A DNA stretch of 64,000 nt from positions 82,832,001 to 82,896,000 of the forward strand of contig OZ024743.1 of NCBI GenBank assembly GCA_964016885.1, given 5' to 3'. The DNA is from Eledone cirrhosa (Eukaryota). Shown here in pieces: positions 14,945 to 27,916 of this stretch. Under the pieces are notes generated by a model that saw only the letters and a list, made by a program, of their open reading frames with translations, did not search any database and was not told the DNA's origin. Position 1 is the first letter of the stretch. Each line of letters begins with the position of its first letter. A program made the position numbers and the translations under genes.

Positions 14945-15605
14945 GGATGGGTCATCACTATCTAGGACTAGATGGGTCATTACTATCCAGGACTAGATGG
15001 GTCATCCCTGTCCAAGACTAGATGGGTCATCCCTGTCCAATACTAGATGGGTCATCCCTGTCCAATACTAGATGGGTCATTAATATCCAGGACTAGATGG
15101 GTTATCACTATCCAGGACTAGATGGGTCATCACTATCTAGGACTAGATGGGTCATCACTATCCAGGACTAGATGGGTTATCACTATCCAGGACTAGATGG
15201 GTCATCCCTGTCCAATACTAGATGGGTCATTAATATCCAGGACTAGATGGGTTATCACTATCCAGGACTAGATGGGTCATCACTATCTAGGACTAGATGG
15301 GTCATTACTATCCAGGACTAGATGGGTCATCCCTGTCCAAGACTAGATGGGTCACCCCTGTCCAAGACTAGATGGGTCATCCCTGTCCAAGACTAGATGG
15401 GTCATCACTATCCAGGAATAGAGGGGTCATCCCTGTCCAAGACTAGATGGGTCATCACTATCCAGGACTAGATGGGTCATCCCTATCCAGGACTAGATGG
15501 GTCATCCCTATCCAGGACTAGATGGGTCATTAATATCCAAGACTAGAAGGGTCATAACTATCCAGGACTAGACAGGTCATCACTATCCAGGACTAGATGG
15601 CTTCA
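14945..15605. repeat. 25-bp minisatellite, ~26 copies
   Basis: Unit GACTAGATGGGTCATCACTATCCAG (variant ...CCCTGTCCAA) with internal GATG-GGT-CATC hairpin. Confidence 0.92.
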
Positions 15606-16574
15606 TAAGCATATATAATATGGTTGCAGCATCGTCATCATCATCATCATCATCATCATCATTATTAAAAAGATTATGCATATTTATTACATTGTGGAAT
15701 CAAACTTCGTCGTCATGATCATTGTCATCACTAGAGTTACCATCATTAGGATTGTTGTTGTCATCTGTCTCTTGCAGCTCCTATTTATCACTACCAACCA
15801 CCACCACCAACCATCACTAACCACCGTCACCACCAACATCCCATCACCAGAACTGTCGTCATTACAAATGTTATTTTCATTACGACCCTTGTTTTTGTCA
15901 TCACCACCATCTTCATCGTCAAAACTATCATAATTATGACCATCTGTCTTCTCATCATCCTCCTTCCAACTTCACCACCACTGCTACCATTGTCAATACC
16001 ACTGACAACTATCATCACTACCACTATCATCATCATCATCAAAATCATCACTGTTGTTATCATCATCATCAACAGCAACAACAATGCCATGGGTTAATTT
16101 TATTTAATTTATTTTTTTGCCATCCCTGAAAAAGCGTGGCTAACTAACATAAGTAATCAACAGGAAGTTGGTACATCTTCCCAGAACCCCATAGAGTAAC
16201 AGGGTAGATAACAACAGGAAGTTGGTTCTTCTTCCCAGAATCCCACAGGTTAACAGGGTAGATAGAAAACAACAAACAAAAACTAAAAATAATAAATAAG
16301 CAAGAAAACAAAAATAGAAGGAAAAAAATAGAATTTATATGAAACAATGAAAAGAATATTAGCAAAAACACATTAATGTCATGGCATGAAGGTATGTGGC
16401 CAAGTGGTTAGGGTGCTGAACTTCGTAATCATATTGTTGGGGGTTTGAACCCTCAACTGAGTAAGTTGACCCCTAGCTAATGGTAAAGACACTTGCTTAA
16501 AATCCAGCTGTCTTGCATTCTTTAATGTCATGAGAAACTGAATACTCTAATGGACTTTTTCACCCTGTATTTAA

Positions 16575-16777
16575 CCCTTTAGCCTTTAAACCGGCTGTAT
16601 CCAACCAGAATTCTTTCACCTCTTTCTATTCAAACTGCCCTTAACTGGCTGCTCATACTGACATTAAGGTATTGTTCTCAAAATAAATAACATCAAAATC
16701 TCATAGATTCGATATTATGTGAGATAATTATCACGAAAATACAATAGTAAATATAGAGTAATACAAATGCTAAAGGG
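16575..16777 (+). mobile_element. piggyBac-type MITE, family 1, complete
   Basis: TTAA at 16571-16574 and 16778-16781; TIRs CCCTTTAGCCTTT ... AAATGCTAAAGGG. Confidence 0.85.
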
Positions 16778-17126
16778 TTAAAGTTAATTCATTTCTTTTA
16801 TCTCAATTTCTCCTTCTTCATGTCTTATTTGGGACTTTCATAAGAAAGAAGAAAGAAAAAATATATGTGTGAGATTAAGATTTTGATTAATAACATGGTC
16901 CACATTTACAGAATAATTTACATAAACGTGGCTATACTCTGGTGTCGTATTAGGGATGGGCCTTGTTCCCATTCTTTTTATCTTCAGAAACAAGTGTCAT
17001 CTTATACTCAAGAGGTTTTAAACACAAAGAAATACAATATATATAGAACATAGACATGAAGCTCGTTTACTGGTGAAATTTTCTGTTTCTTAATAATATA
17101 TTCATTCTTATTTCCTTCTTCCTTAG

Positions 17127-18836
17127 CTTATGACCAAAACCCTATTTTGCTGATGGGGAAACGACGACGCAAGACAATAACTGAAGATGTGGACAGTCGG
17201 AAAACTTCCTCTTCTGACACGCTTACAAGTGGTGGCTCTTCAGACAGTAAACGTGCATCAAAGTCAAAATCTACTTCATCCAATGCCAAATCTACATCGT
17301 CCAATGCCAAATCCAATTCCTCATCATCTTCTTCAAAATCCCAGATTCGGAAGCAACAAAAACAACAAAAACAACAACACAAACAGCAGAAACAACAACA
17401 ACAATTACAGACTCAACTTCATTCTCCCCCTCCTGCTTCAACTCCTGCCACCACTACCACCACCACCTCTACATCATCTGCCTCTGGTCCCAATGCTACA
17501 ACCCCACCAGGACCAACACAACCTGTTGCAGTCCCTCAGGTGTTCAAATTTGATACCCTTGTGAAAAGCCAACACAAATCCAATGTGGATATGAAAGCTC
17601 GAGGATTCAAAGTACTTTCGACAGGAACATCTCAATCTTCATCGTCTTCCTCGTCATCATCATCATTGTCCCCAACCACATCATTATCATCATCTTCATT
17701 ATCATCGTCATTACCACTAAAGTCCTCATCAGCAATGGGGTCATCCAGTTCATCTGGTTTAATGAGCCAGACTGTCATTTCAAACTCAAACACCACCACC
17801 ACTACCACCACCACCACCTCTGCCGTGTGTCACCAATCTGCCATCACTAGTGTGGCAGCAAATTCTTCTACGTCCACATCATCATCATCTATATCATCGT
17901 CGTCATTCAAGGATGCATTTCACACACAATTCCCGAATGCCACCACGAAGCCCAATTCTAGAGATATTGCTCTACAGCAGAAAGAGAAAGGTCGTAAGGA
18001 ACTGTTGCCAGCACACTCTGTTCATCATCGGTTACACTCACACAAGAGTTCACAACAAAAAGACAAAATGAAAAAAGAGAAAAAACTGTCAGCATCATCA
18101 AAAGCCAACCGTTCTGGTCATCCTATGCCATTGTCTCCTTCAAGTAGTGGTGAGAAATTCTTCTTCAATCATAAATGCAAAAAAGTACCAAAAAATGCTA
18201 ACACTTCATTTTCTATCCTCCGAGCCGCTTCATTTGATTATAAAATTAATGAGGGTGCCACACCCCTCAGCCATTCTCCCCCTCTTGATGATACTGCTTC
18301 TTCTTCTCTTGTCAGTCCTGCAAATATTTCTTCTTCTTCCTCCTCATCCTCTGCTTATTCAAAGTCTTCATCTTCTCCCTCCTCCTCCCCCATTTTGACA
18401 TCTACTACCACCTCATCTACTTCTACTACAACCGTCTCCTCCTCCTCTTGTTTATCATCCTCTCCTGCTCCCACCACACTTCCCCCTCCACCTCCTGTCT
18501 CTTCCAAATTTTCTACTCTCTTTCCTTCTACAACTTCTGTAACATCATCTTCTTCTTCTTCTTCTTTGAGTACCATTTGCGCAAAAAATACTTCTACCGT
18601 TTCTTTGGCCAATGACCGTAAATTGGCCAGCATCAAAACTGACAGTCCGCTCTGTCCTTCTTCATCACAACCAGACCGTGGCACTGACAGGTTCTGCTCG
18701 GTGCTAAAGCGAAAAGTTACTGAGAAAAACCTTGCTAAGGTTCAAAAGCCAGTCTCAAAGAGTTTCAAATCTAACCGCTGCAAGAAGAAAGGATCTGATC
18801 GAAGCATTTCGTCCGAAAACAAAAGTAAAATTGCAG
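17127..18836 (+). CDS. TNRC18/BAHCC1: TNRC18/BAHCC1 family 1.7-kb exon: Ser/Thr/Gln-rich disordered linker with basic NLS-like clusters
   Basis: ccttAG acceptor in phase 1, 570-aa open frame, donor G|GTACAT. Ends ENKSKIA, which joins the next exon to give the conserved [16 protein letters not shown] pre-BAH motif. Confidence 0.9.
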
Positions 18837-18932
18837 GTACATTTTCGATTTATCACTAAAACCCACTAAAACTGAGTGTATTTCCATGTATGCATATGTG
18901 TCTGTGTATGTGTGTGGGGAGGGTTAATCCAG

Positions 18933-19013
<81 letters not shown>

Positions 19014-19045
19014 CTATATACTGACATGCATTCATGCACAAATAC

Positions 19046-19084
<39 letters not shown>

Positions 19085-19534
19085 CAAGTGGAAGCTTAGT
19101 AAAATCGAAGCTTTGGCTGCGCCCAAGCAAAGTCGACCTACAATTAGGAATGAGTAGCAAAGCACTCCCTTAGAGTAATAATTTTACGTTTAGATAGCTT
19201 GACAAATTGAAAATTGCGGCAGGCAAAACCCGGCAAAACCCAACCATACATTACCAAAAGAACGAAAAAACTAATCAGGTAAAACAACAGACCTGGACAT
19301 GTTGAATGATATTCTGCAATACGTCCGATATGTTTCTATGAATCCAAAATCATCAATCCAACTTAAGTAATAAGTAAGCTTGTGGTATTCCATCATCGAA
19401 CAGGGGATTCTCTTCATCGACAGGTATTTCGTTCTAGACCTCAAACCGGTGTGAACTGTAACTCAATGCGACCACCACAATAGACAGCCTTGAATCATTT
19501 TGTTGTCACGTGTTATTTCCACAAATACATATAC

Positions 19535-19583
<49 letters not shown>

Positions 19584-19685
19584 TGTATATATAGTGTATT
19601 TTGCAATACACTGTATGCTTAATTAAAAGCATTTCGAAGACCATACGCTATTGTTTTAGAGTAGTGACAGTCTCACTTTAGATTT

Positions 19686-19778
19686 TTTTCAGCAAACAGG
19701 GGAGATAAAGCTGACAGAGCTCTGTTTCGTACTTTTTGGTACTTATCAAAGCCAACTACTCCACCTGTTTGCTGAAAA
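19686..19778 (-). ncRNA. Type I hammerhead ribozyme, U3-A8 core variant, copy 1
   Basis: Minus strand reads GCT-TTGATAA-GTAC-CAAAAA-GTAC-GAAA-CAGAGCTCTG-TC^AGC. Stem I extends through GGAG/CTCC and CAGCAAACAGG/CCTGTTTGCTG. Predicted GUC cleavage after 19713. Confidence 0.8.
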
Positions 19779-20005
19779 TCATGAATGTTTGTTTCTTATA
19801 GAATTCTAGTAATAATCAGGAACTGATTATACAGAGCGGTTGCCGGTCAAGCAGAAATTGAAAATTAGAATTGGTGCTCTGAAATAGCGATATATATATG
19901 AATGTATATATAGTGTATTTTGCAATACACTGTATGCTTAATTAAAAGCATTTCGAAGAGCTTACGCTATTGTTTTAGAGTAGTGACAGTCTCACTTACT
20001 TTAAA

Positions 20006-20099
20006 TTTTCAGCAAACAAGGGGAGATAAAGCTGACAGAGCTCTGTTTCGTACTTTTTGGTACTTATCAAAGCTATCTACTCCACCTGTTTGCTGAAAA
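20006..20099 (-). ncRNA. Type I hammerhead ribozyme, U3-A8 core variant, copy 2
   Basis: Core, stem II and stem III identical to copy 1; differences confined to stem I. Predicted cleavage after 20034. Confidence 0.8.
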
Positions 20100-20381
20100 G
20101 CATACAGTGTATTGCAAAATACACTATATATACATTCATATATATATATCGCTATTTCAGAGCACCAATTCTAATATATATATAAATATAGTGGTAAAAC
20201 ACCTGGAGGTTACATCCGTAGTAAGTGGAGCACTCTGCCCATAGGACAAGTTCTGTAGAAGGTTAATTCCACAACAAATTAGCAAACATACCTGAGTACA
20301 TGCGTTTCATCCAATACAGTTGAAAATCTGTTGGGTGAAACACACACACTCAGGTATGTTTGCTAATTTGTTGTGGACCTA

Positions 20382-20437
<56 letters not shown>

Positions 20438-20532
20438 AGAAAGTATGACCCCGACGGCAGAGCTCAAGCCGTTTTGACGGCTATTTCTGGACTAAAATAT
20501 ATATATATACACACACACACATATATACATGT

Positions 20533-20876
20533 GGAGGCACATGGCTTAGTGGTTAGAGCATTGGCCTTGCAATCGAAAGGTTGTGAGTTCAATTCTCAGA
20601 CCGGGTGATGTGTTGTTTCCCTGAGCAAGACACTTTATTTCACATTGCTCCAGTTTACTCAGCTGTAGAAATGAGATGATAGCGACTGGGGTCCCTATCA
20701 TTCCACTACAAAGTGGTCGTGTAGGTGCCACGGCAAAAAAGCACCCAGCACTCACTGTAAATGAGGTTGGTGTTAGGAAGGGCATCCAGCTGTAGAAATC
20801 AAGCCAGAACCAGTTCCTGTCCCACCCTTGCAAGCAGGGGAAAAGCGGACGTTAAACGATGATGATGATGATGATG

Positions 20877-20878
<2 letters not shown>
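20533..20878 (+). mobile_element. tRNA-derived SINE family A (CORE-like centre, RTE-derived tail ending (GAT)n)
   Basis: A box TGGCTTAGTGG, B box GTTCAATTC, centre CCTGAGCAAGACACTTTATTTCACATTGCTCCAG, tail GTTAAACGATGATGAT. Related copies at 13035-13155(-), 23590-23875(-), 35856-36190(-). Confidence 0.85.
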
Positions 20879-20916
<38 letters not shown>

Positions 20917-21298
20917 GCATGTATATATATATAATATATAGATATAAATGTATGTATATATATATCATCATCATCACCATGTTAGCATGGGTTTAGACGG
21001 GGTCTGTATATATTTATATAATAATAAGTATGGTACCAGGAAAAACAGGAATAACTAGGCAGAAAGAGAAATTTATTGAGTGTTCAATCTTTAACATATG
21101 TTTCTGTACAATTATCATCTACATGCACTGACTGCATACTCAATGTAATAAGTTATTGCATCAAAAAGGTGAGGACACCATATTTCTGCAATAAGTATTA
21201 CTTAGTGCTAACAGATCCAAGGTACAAAATACTAGCCAAATATGCATGTACATACATGCACAGACACAGACACACACACACACAGATATATATATATA

Positions 21299-21663
21299 TA
21301 TCATCATCATCATCATCATCATCTTACGTCCGCTTTTACCTGCTTGCAAGGGTGGGACGGGAACTGATTCTACTTGATTTCCACAGCTGGATGCCCTTCC
21401 TAACACCAACCTCATTTACAGGTGGGTGCTTTTTTGCCGTGGCGCCTACACGTCCACTTTACAGTGTGGGCTGGGTGCTTTTTTGCCGTGGCACCTCCAT
21501 GACACTTCCAGTGTCCTGTCATCTTCATTTCTACAGCTTAGTAAACTGGAGCAATGTGAAATAAAGTGTCTTGCTCAAGGAAACAACACATCACCTGGTC
21601 CAAGAATTGAACTCACAACCTTTCAATTGCAAGCCCAATGCTCTAACCACTAAGCCATGTGCC

Positions 21664-21664
<1 letters not shown>
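21299..21664 (-). mobile_element. SINE family A, antisense copy
   Basis: Reverse complement of 20533-20878 over almost its full length. Confidence 0.85.
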
Positions 21665-21726
<62 letters not shown>

Positions 21727-21733
<7 letters not shown>

Positions 21734-22140
21734 TTCCTTCTCCTAGAATTCTGCCTTGACAAAGGCTAAGGGGTCATCTCTCCCGGTGATTTTGGATGGC
21801 CATTGACTCTTAAGAGCTCCTTTGCCCTTTGACAGGTTTTGTTTTTAGTCCTGCAGGATGTCCAAAGTCACCCTCCTCACCAAGAAACCTTGGTGGGGTT
21901 GCCAGTTTAGTCGCCAACGACCCGACCATGAGACAGGTTGTACTGGGATACACATGCACTTGTCGTCACATGGTACTATGGGCCCAGCACTGTGTTAATA
22001 ATTGTCACAAGTGTAGTGTTTGTACCAGAGTTTTCAAGTCGCTGGCTGGACTAAAAAGTCACATTCGTTCACTGCATCGGTAGGAGTTCTCCTACATGGA
22101 TATAAAGTAGTGGCCTTACTCGAAAACGAGTTGGCAGCCA

Positions 22141-22143
<3 letters not shown>
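21727..22143 (+). mobile_element. Internally deleted RTE-like element (5' UTR joined to ORF end) inserted in (TA)n
   Basis: Starts CAGAGTTTTCCTTCTCCTAG (RTE-type 5' end). Ends with [23 protein letters not shown], resembling the RTE C-terminal CxxC..GLxSHxRxH finger, then a short UTR. Confidence 0.55.
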
Positions 22144-22196
<53 letters not shown>

Positions 22197-22207
22197 TTAT
22201 ATATATA

Positions 22208-22246
<39 letters not shown>

Positions 22247-22800
22247 TTATATATATATATGTGTATATATTTATATACTTATACACATGAATATGTTTCC
22301 ATTTGTCCCTCTTTTATAGACCTACAAATTCATATAGGTAAAAATAATAATAATATATCTATATGTATTATGAGTTCTTATGTATGTTTATATATATATT
22401 TACTAATATTGTAAATATATATTTCCATGTGTGTACATGTGTCTAACAATTGTCCAGCAAATACACATTCCTGCCATCACACATCTCAACATACATACAC
22501 ATGGATAACATATAGACAATGTGTTTAATTACATTGATATAGATATATGGCTTGGGTTAAGTTGCTGACATCTGGTATTTTCATGGGTTTGATTCCTAGA
22601 CAGGATAGAGTGTTGTGTTCTTAAGCAAGGCACTTCATTTCACATTGATTTCCATAACTGGACTGGGGTTCATATAATTGAAATACCCAAGAAGCTTCTT
22701 ATTAAATACAAACTTGTGGGAGACCTGTTTAGCCAGCATTGGTGTGAGCTGTACGTTTGATTTATTCACCTAATGACCTTACACACACACATGTACATAC

Positions 22801-22842
<42 letters not shown>

Positions 22843-22951
22843 TTACATATATATGTACATATATATATATATGTATATATATATGTACATATATATATAT
22901 ATGTGTATATATATATATATATTTACATATATATTTATATATGTATATATG

Positions 22952-22991
<40 letters not shown>

Positions 22992-23333
22992 GCATATGAA
23001 TGTATGTATGTTAAAACATGCATAAGTATGAATGTCACTCCAAGCATGTATAAATTTTTTCAAAAATATTTAGAAAGAAAAGATATTATGCAAAGCTATT
23101 TCTATCTGAGTGTTTAACTACTAATTCTCAATCTGCAGCTTTCTATATATGCATTAATCACCAAGCTTCATGCACACATGTGTGTATAAATTGCATGCAT
23201 GTTCAATGCACAGACTGATGCAGAGTTGTGAAAGTGTTAATGTTCTTGTGTGTCTACATATTACTATTATTATGTGTACACAATCTTTTGAGCAAAACAG
23301 CAGTGTCTTAGCCTTATGCGCACATACACATAG

Positions 23334-23387
<54 letters not shown>

Positions 23388-23411
23388 ATATATATATATA
23401 TACTCTTTTAC

Positions 23412-23523
<112 letters not shown>

Positions 23524-25356
23524 TATATATATATAAGCAAAGAGATATTTAATTTGTATATATATATATACACAAATGACCATGTGATTTGCACCTAGAA
23601 AGATGTCCTCCAAAGCACAAGTCCAGGCAAGGTTGTTTGAGGAAGACCAGTAGTTGCCCATGCATACCAGCCTACCCTCTCCTCGCCACCAATGTTGTCT
23701 AAAGGCAATGGCCGATACAGCTTGGCACCAGTGATGTTGCAGCTCATTTCTACAGCTGAGTACACTGGAGCAAAGTGTCTTGCTCAAGGACACAATGCAT
23801 CACCCAGTCCTAGAATTGAACTCACAACCTTTCGATTGCAAGCTCAGCGCACTAACCACTAAGATATGAGCCTTTACATATATATAGAGGAATGATCGAC
23901 TTTCGTCAAATCGGACCGAGGAAACAATGTTTCCATTTGTCTTTCCAATTGCTAATACTATCTATCGGTCGCAACTCCAGGTATAAAGAGCAAAGTTTCT
24001 TGCTCAAGGACATAACGCATCCAATTCTCTAACCACTCAGCCACACGCCTTCACTTCACATATATTTATACCATATATATATATCATTTATTATATATAT
24101 ATGATATATACATATATATACATTGGAAGGCTTAAGGAATGTGTAGTAGGATGGAATTTTTTAAGAGAAAGTTTTTGCTTTTTGTAAAGCCTACAACAAC
24201 ACATATTAACTATAACAGTTGAATAAAACTTGAGACATTACCCCAATGAGATTTTTAAAAATAAATAGAATTACCCATATAACAGTTAAGATTTTTTATG
24301 ATAAAAACAAAATGTAACAGAAAAAATGACACACAAATGTGTGTGTATTCACTTTGCATACATTTACATATACTTCCTATCAATATATGCTGAGTTGCTT
24401 CAGCACATTTCTTTGCAGTTAGACACTCAGTAAAACAGTCGGCTATTTTGATAAATCTTTTTTTCTCTAGAAATAAATATATCTTTTATTTCTAATGAGA
24501 TAAACATTAACTTTGAAACATAAACTGGCTTACAACTTGACCTACAGATCTCAGTCTAGTGTTTTAAAATAATATAATTGATTTTCTTAGAGGCCACACT
24601 ACATTCTTTTCCCTTGACTCTAGTCTTTACTTTCTTAAAGCTGGTCGTACACTTACTGATTTATTCTTTTATTAACACTTTCATTAAAATATTTCTAATA
24701 AAAACAGTCCATGATTTTCAAATCATTTTGAAAATAATGATGAATTTTTAAGGATTTAGTAATACAACAAATGTTATCATTATTAAGTTGGTCTTTGAAA
24801 CATAACTTACACAGTCTCTTAAATAAAATTATGATAGAAACATTTTGCATAAATACAGACACTTTAAATACAGACACTTTAAAAATATCTTTATCATTTG
24901 CAATTCAGTTTAACAATATTTTAGTGTGACTGTAGTGTTTTGTAACCACACACACACATACTGCAGGAAATTCATATAAATATATTTGTTATATGCATAG
25001 TTGTATCATGTATAGATCTAAAATTGTTTAAAATTGCACAAGGACTTTATAAACACCCTGTGTGTATATATTCTTCTGTTAGAAATATGCACAATGACTT
25101 TGTAAACACACTGTGTATATATATATTCTTTTATTAGAAAGATGCAGAAGGATTTTATAAACATCCTGTGTATATATCTCCTATTAAATTCTAGCAATCA
25201 GTCCTTATTGAGGCTTTTCTGTGAATTCCTGTACAGTTAGCTCAAAATAATAACCATTTTCTGATTGGTTGATCAGGCTAGAATGTTTTGTTGTTCTTTT
25301 ATCACAGAATTCCAATCTTAGTTCATTTAAATGTTTTATTGTTGCAATCAGAATCC

Positions 25357-25459
<103 letters not shown>

Positions 25460-27175
25460 AGCAACAACATATTCCTTCCCTCCTATTAGATAGATATGGT
25501 TGGAAAATGAAGAATTTCAGGATTTTTTTAAAACATTCTATTTTTTATTTTTTATTTTTTAACCAAAATCTGAAAACTCAACATTCTAGGTCTCAATATG
25601 TTTTAATCAATATGACTTGAAGAATTATAGAATTATGGTAAAAACTAGGCAACTGTTAGTCTTAGATTTTGTAACCAAGCAACCATGTTTGGAGAGAAAA
25701 AATAATAATCAATCAGCTATTGTTAGTTGTTCAGTTCCAAACTAGATTGGTGATTGGTATCAGAGAGTCTTTCATATATTTCTTTATTTCCTTTGATCTG
25801 TGATAGCCACATATTTTATTACACTTTCTCTCACTCTCTCCCTTTTATATATTTCTTTCTCTCACTCTCTCCCTTTTATATATTTCTTCTGTATCTCCTC
25901 CCCACCTCCAACAAATTACCCCCCCCCCCCCGCCTTCTCTTATTCACTTTCAGCAATTTTTTTTATTTTTTATCTATCCATCCTCCCTCTTCTCCCCACC
26001 TCATTTCATGGTATCTCTCGGTATCTATCTGCCTACCTATCTGACTATTTCTGTACTCCTAACTATCATATATACCTACCTACATATATATATATATATA
26101 TATGGAGACAAAAAAGTTATATATATATACACATATCATCATCATTTACATAATTTCCCATGCTGGCTTGAGTTGGATAAGTTATCACACACTATATCAT
26201 CAGAGACACTGGACCCAATTCTGAGTTTGTCTATGTCTTTCAGTGATGACTGAATGGATTTAGAGTGGGCCTCATCTACTCTGTATTGTTTTTTGGGGGA
26301 GTTACCATCATCCTAGATGGATTGCCTATCATGCAGCTTGTGGAGTCCATATCTTACTCATATGTTCTATTTTGGCTTTGTTTTTCTCTCTATGGTTTTA
26401 TGCCCTTTGCAGTAATAGAGAGGGAAACAGATATCCATATATATATAGAGAGAGTGATACACAAATTTAGATACAAAAGAAAGCAGCCATCAACACATAA
26501 TGTGGAAATTGAGACTGTTTCTGTAAAGTTTGACAGATTTTTTTTTACTTATTCGTGCATTATGAAATGGTTTTCTGGCTGTAAATATGACCAGCTATTG
26601 CAATTGTGATAACACAAATATGTGAAATTTAAAATAAAGAAGCTGCTTAACTGGCATCTTAAAGAGAGCCTTCATTGGTTGGTTTGGAATATATAATGTT
26701 ATATACACTATATATTAAACACTAGCTATTTAAACACCACAGTTGACATAGATGGCGAACATTCTTAAAATACTAAATTACCAGATTCTTCAATTTTATC
26801 ACAGCTAAAAAAGCTGGGTGTATTTACAGACATGAAACCTTTTGCTAATGCAGATATAAGTGAAACTGTATATATATATATATACATATATACTTTCCTC
26901 TCTATTACTGTTTCAAATATCTTTGATAAACTCATGGTGTTTCATTTACAATAAAAACCTCCATTTTATTACAGTTTTTCCCCCACAGGTCTATCTTGAT
27001 ACATTTTTACTTATTATTTTTATTCCATGAAAACTTTTGACATTTTATGCAATCTCATTCTTTTGTTTGTTTTTTCTATCTGTCTCACTCATTCCGTTGC
27101 CATAGTTACATGTTATGTTACTATTCTCAAGGTTTTCGTTGTCTGTGTATCTTTGTATGTATTTGTATTTGATTT

Positions 27176-27240
<65 letters not shown>

Positions 27241-27316
27241 ACATATACATACATATATATACATATACATATGTACATATATATACATATACATATGTAC
27301 ATATATATACATATAC

Positions 27317-27347
<31 letters not shown>

Positions 27348-27548
27348 TGTACGTACATATATATATATATATATAATATATGTATATGTATGTATATATA
27401 TATATATGTATGTATATGCTTATATATATATAATGTATATATATGTATGTGTATATATACATATATGTATATACACACACACATATATGTATGAATGTAT
27501 GTATATATGTATGCATGTATATGTATGTACATATAGAATCAAACCATG

Positions 27549-27602
<54 letters not shown>

Positions 27603-27916
27603 TTTTATCAATCAGTTTATATTTTCATGCTGTAAATGTGAATGTTGTTCCAATATCATTATTGTGGCTTTGTTGTTGTAGTTGTTGTTATCATTGTTGT
27701 TGTAGTTGTAGTTGTTGTTATCATTGTTGTTGTAGTTGTAGTTGTTGTTCTTATTGTTGTTGTAAATTTTAATTGTCTCTCATCACCCAAAGGAACTGAG
27801 TCTCACCACTCACAGAACATTCTTCCCTATTCTGGCAAGTCTTGTATTCAGTCAGTAATATTCCTTATCACTGCTACCATTCTAGCATATCACCTGTGAT
27901 TTCTTTCATTTCAATA

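Larger units (their letters stand above)
19575..20175 (-). mobile_element. Retrozyme-like/Penelope pseudo-LTR element: ~320-bp direct tandem units plus an inverted partial copy, embedded in (TA)n
   Basis: 19581-19778 repeats at 19900-20099; 20099-20175 is the reverse complement of 19864-19938; each unit contains a hammerhead. Confidence 0.75.

Noticed and set aside
18837-18859. ORF 17147-18859 as a stand-alone single-exon gene
   Set aside because: It starts at TTG after a strong acceptor, and the donor at 18837 joins in frame to the conserved next exon.
19405-19450. Hammerhead on the minus strand (TTTGAGGTCTAGAACGAAATACCTGTC)
   Set aside because: No intact CUGANGA and stems I/III do not pair convincingly.
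20533-20610. tRNA gene
   Set aside because: A/B boxes belong to a SINE head that continues into a SINE body and LINE-derived tail; no complete cloverleaf.
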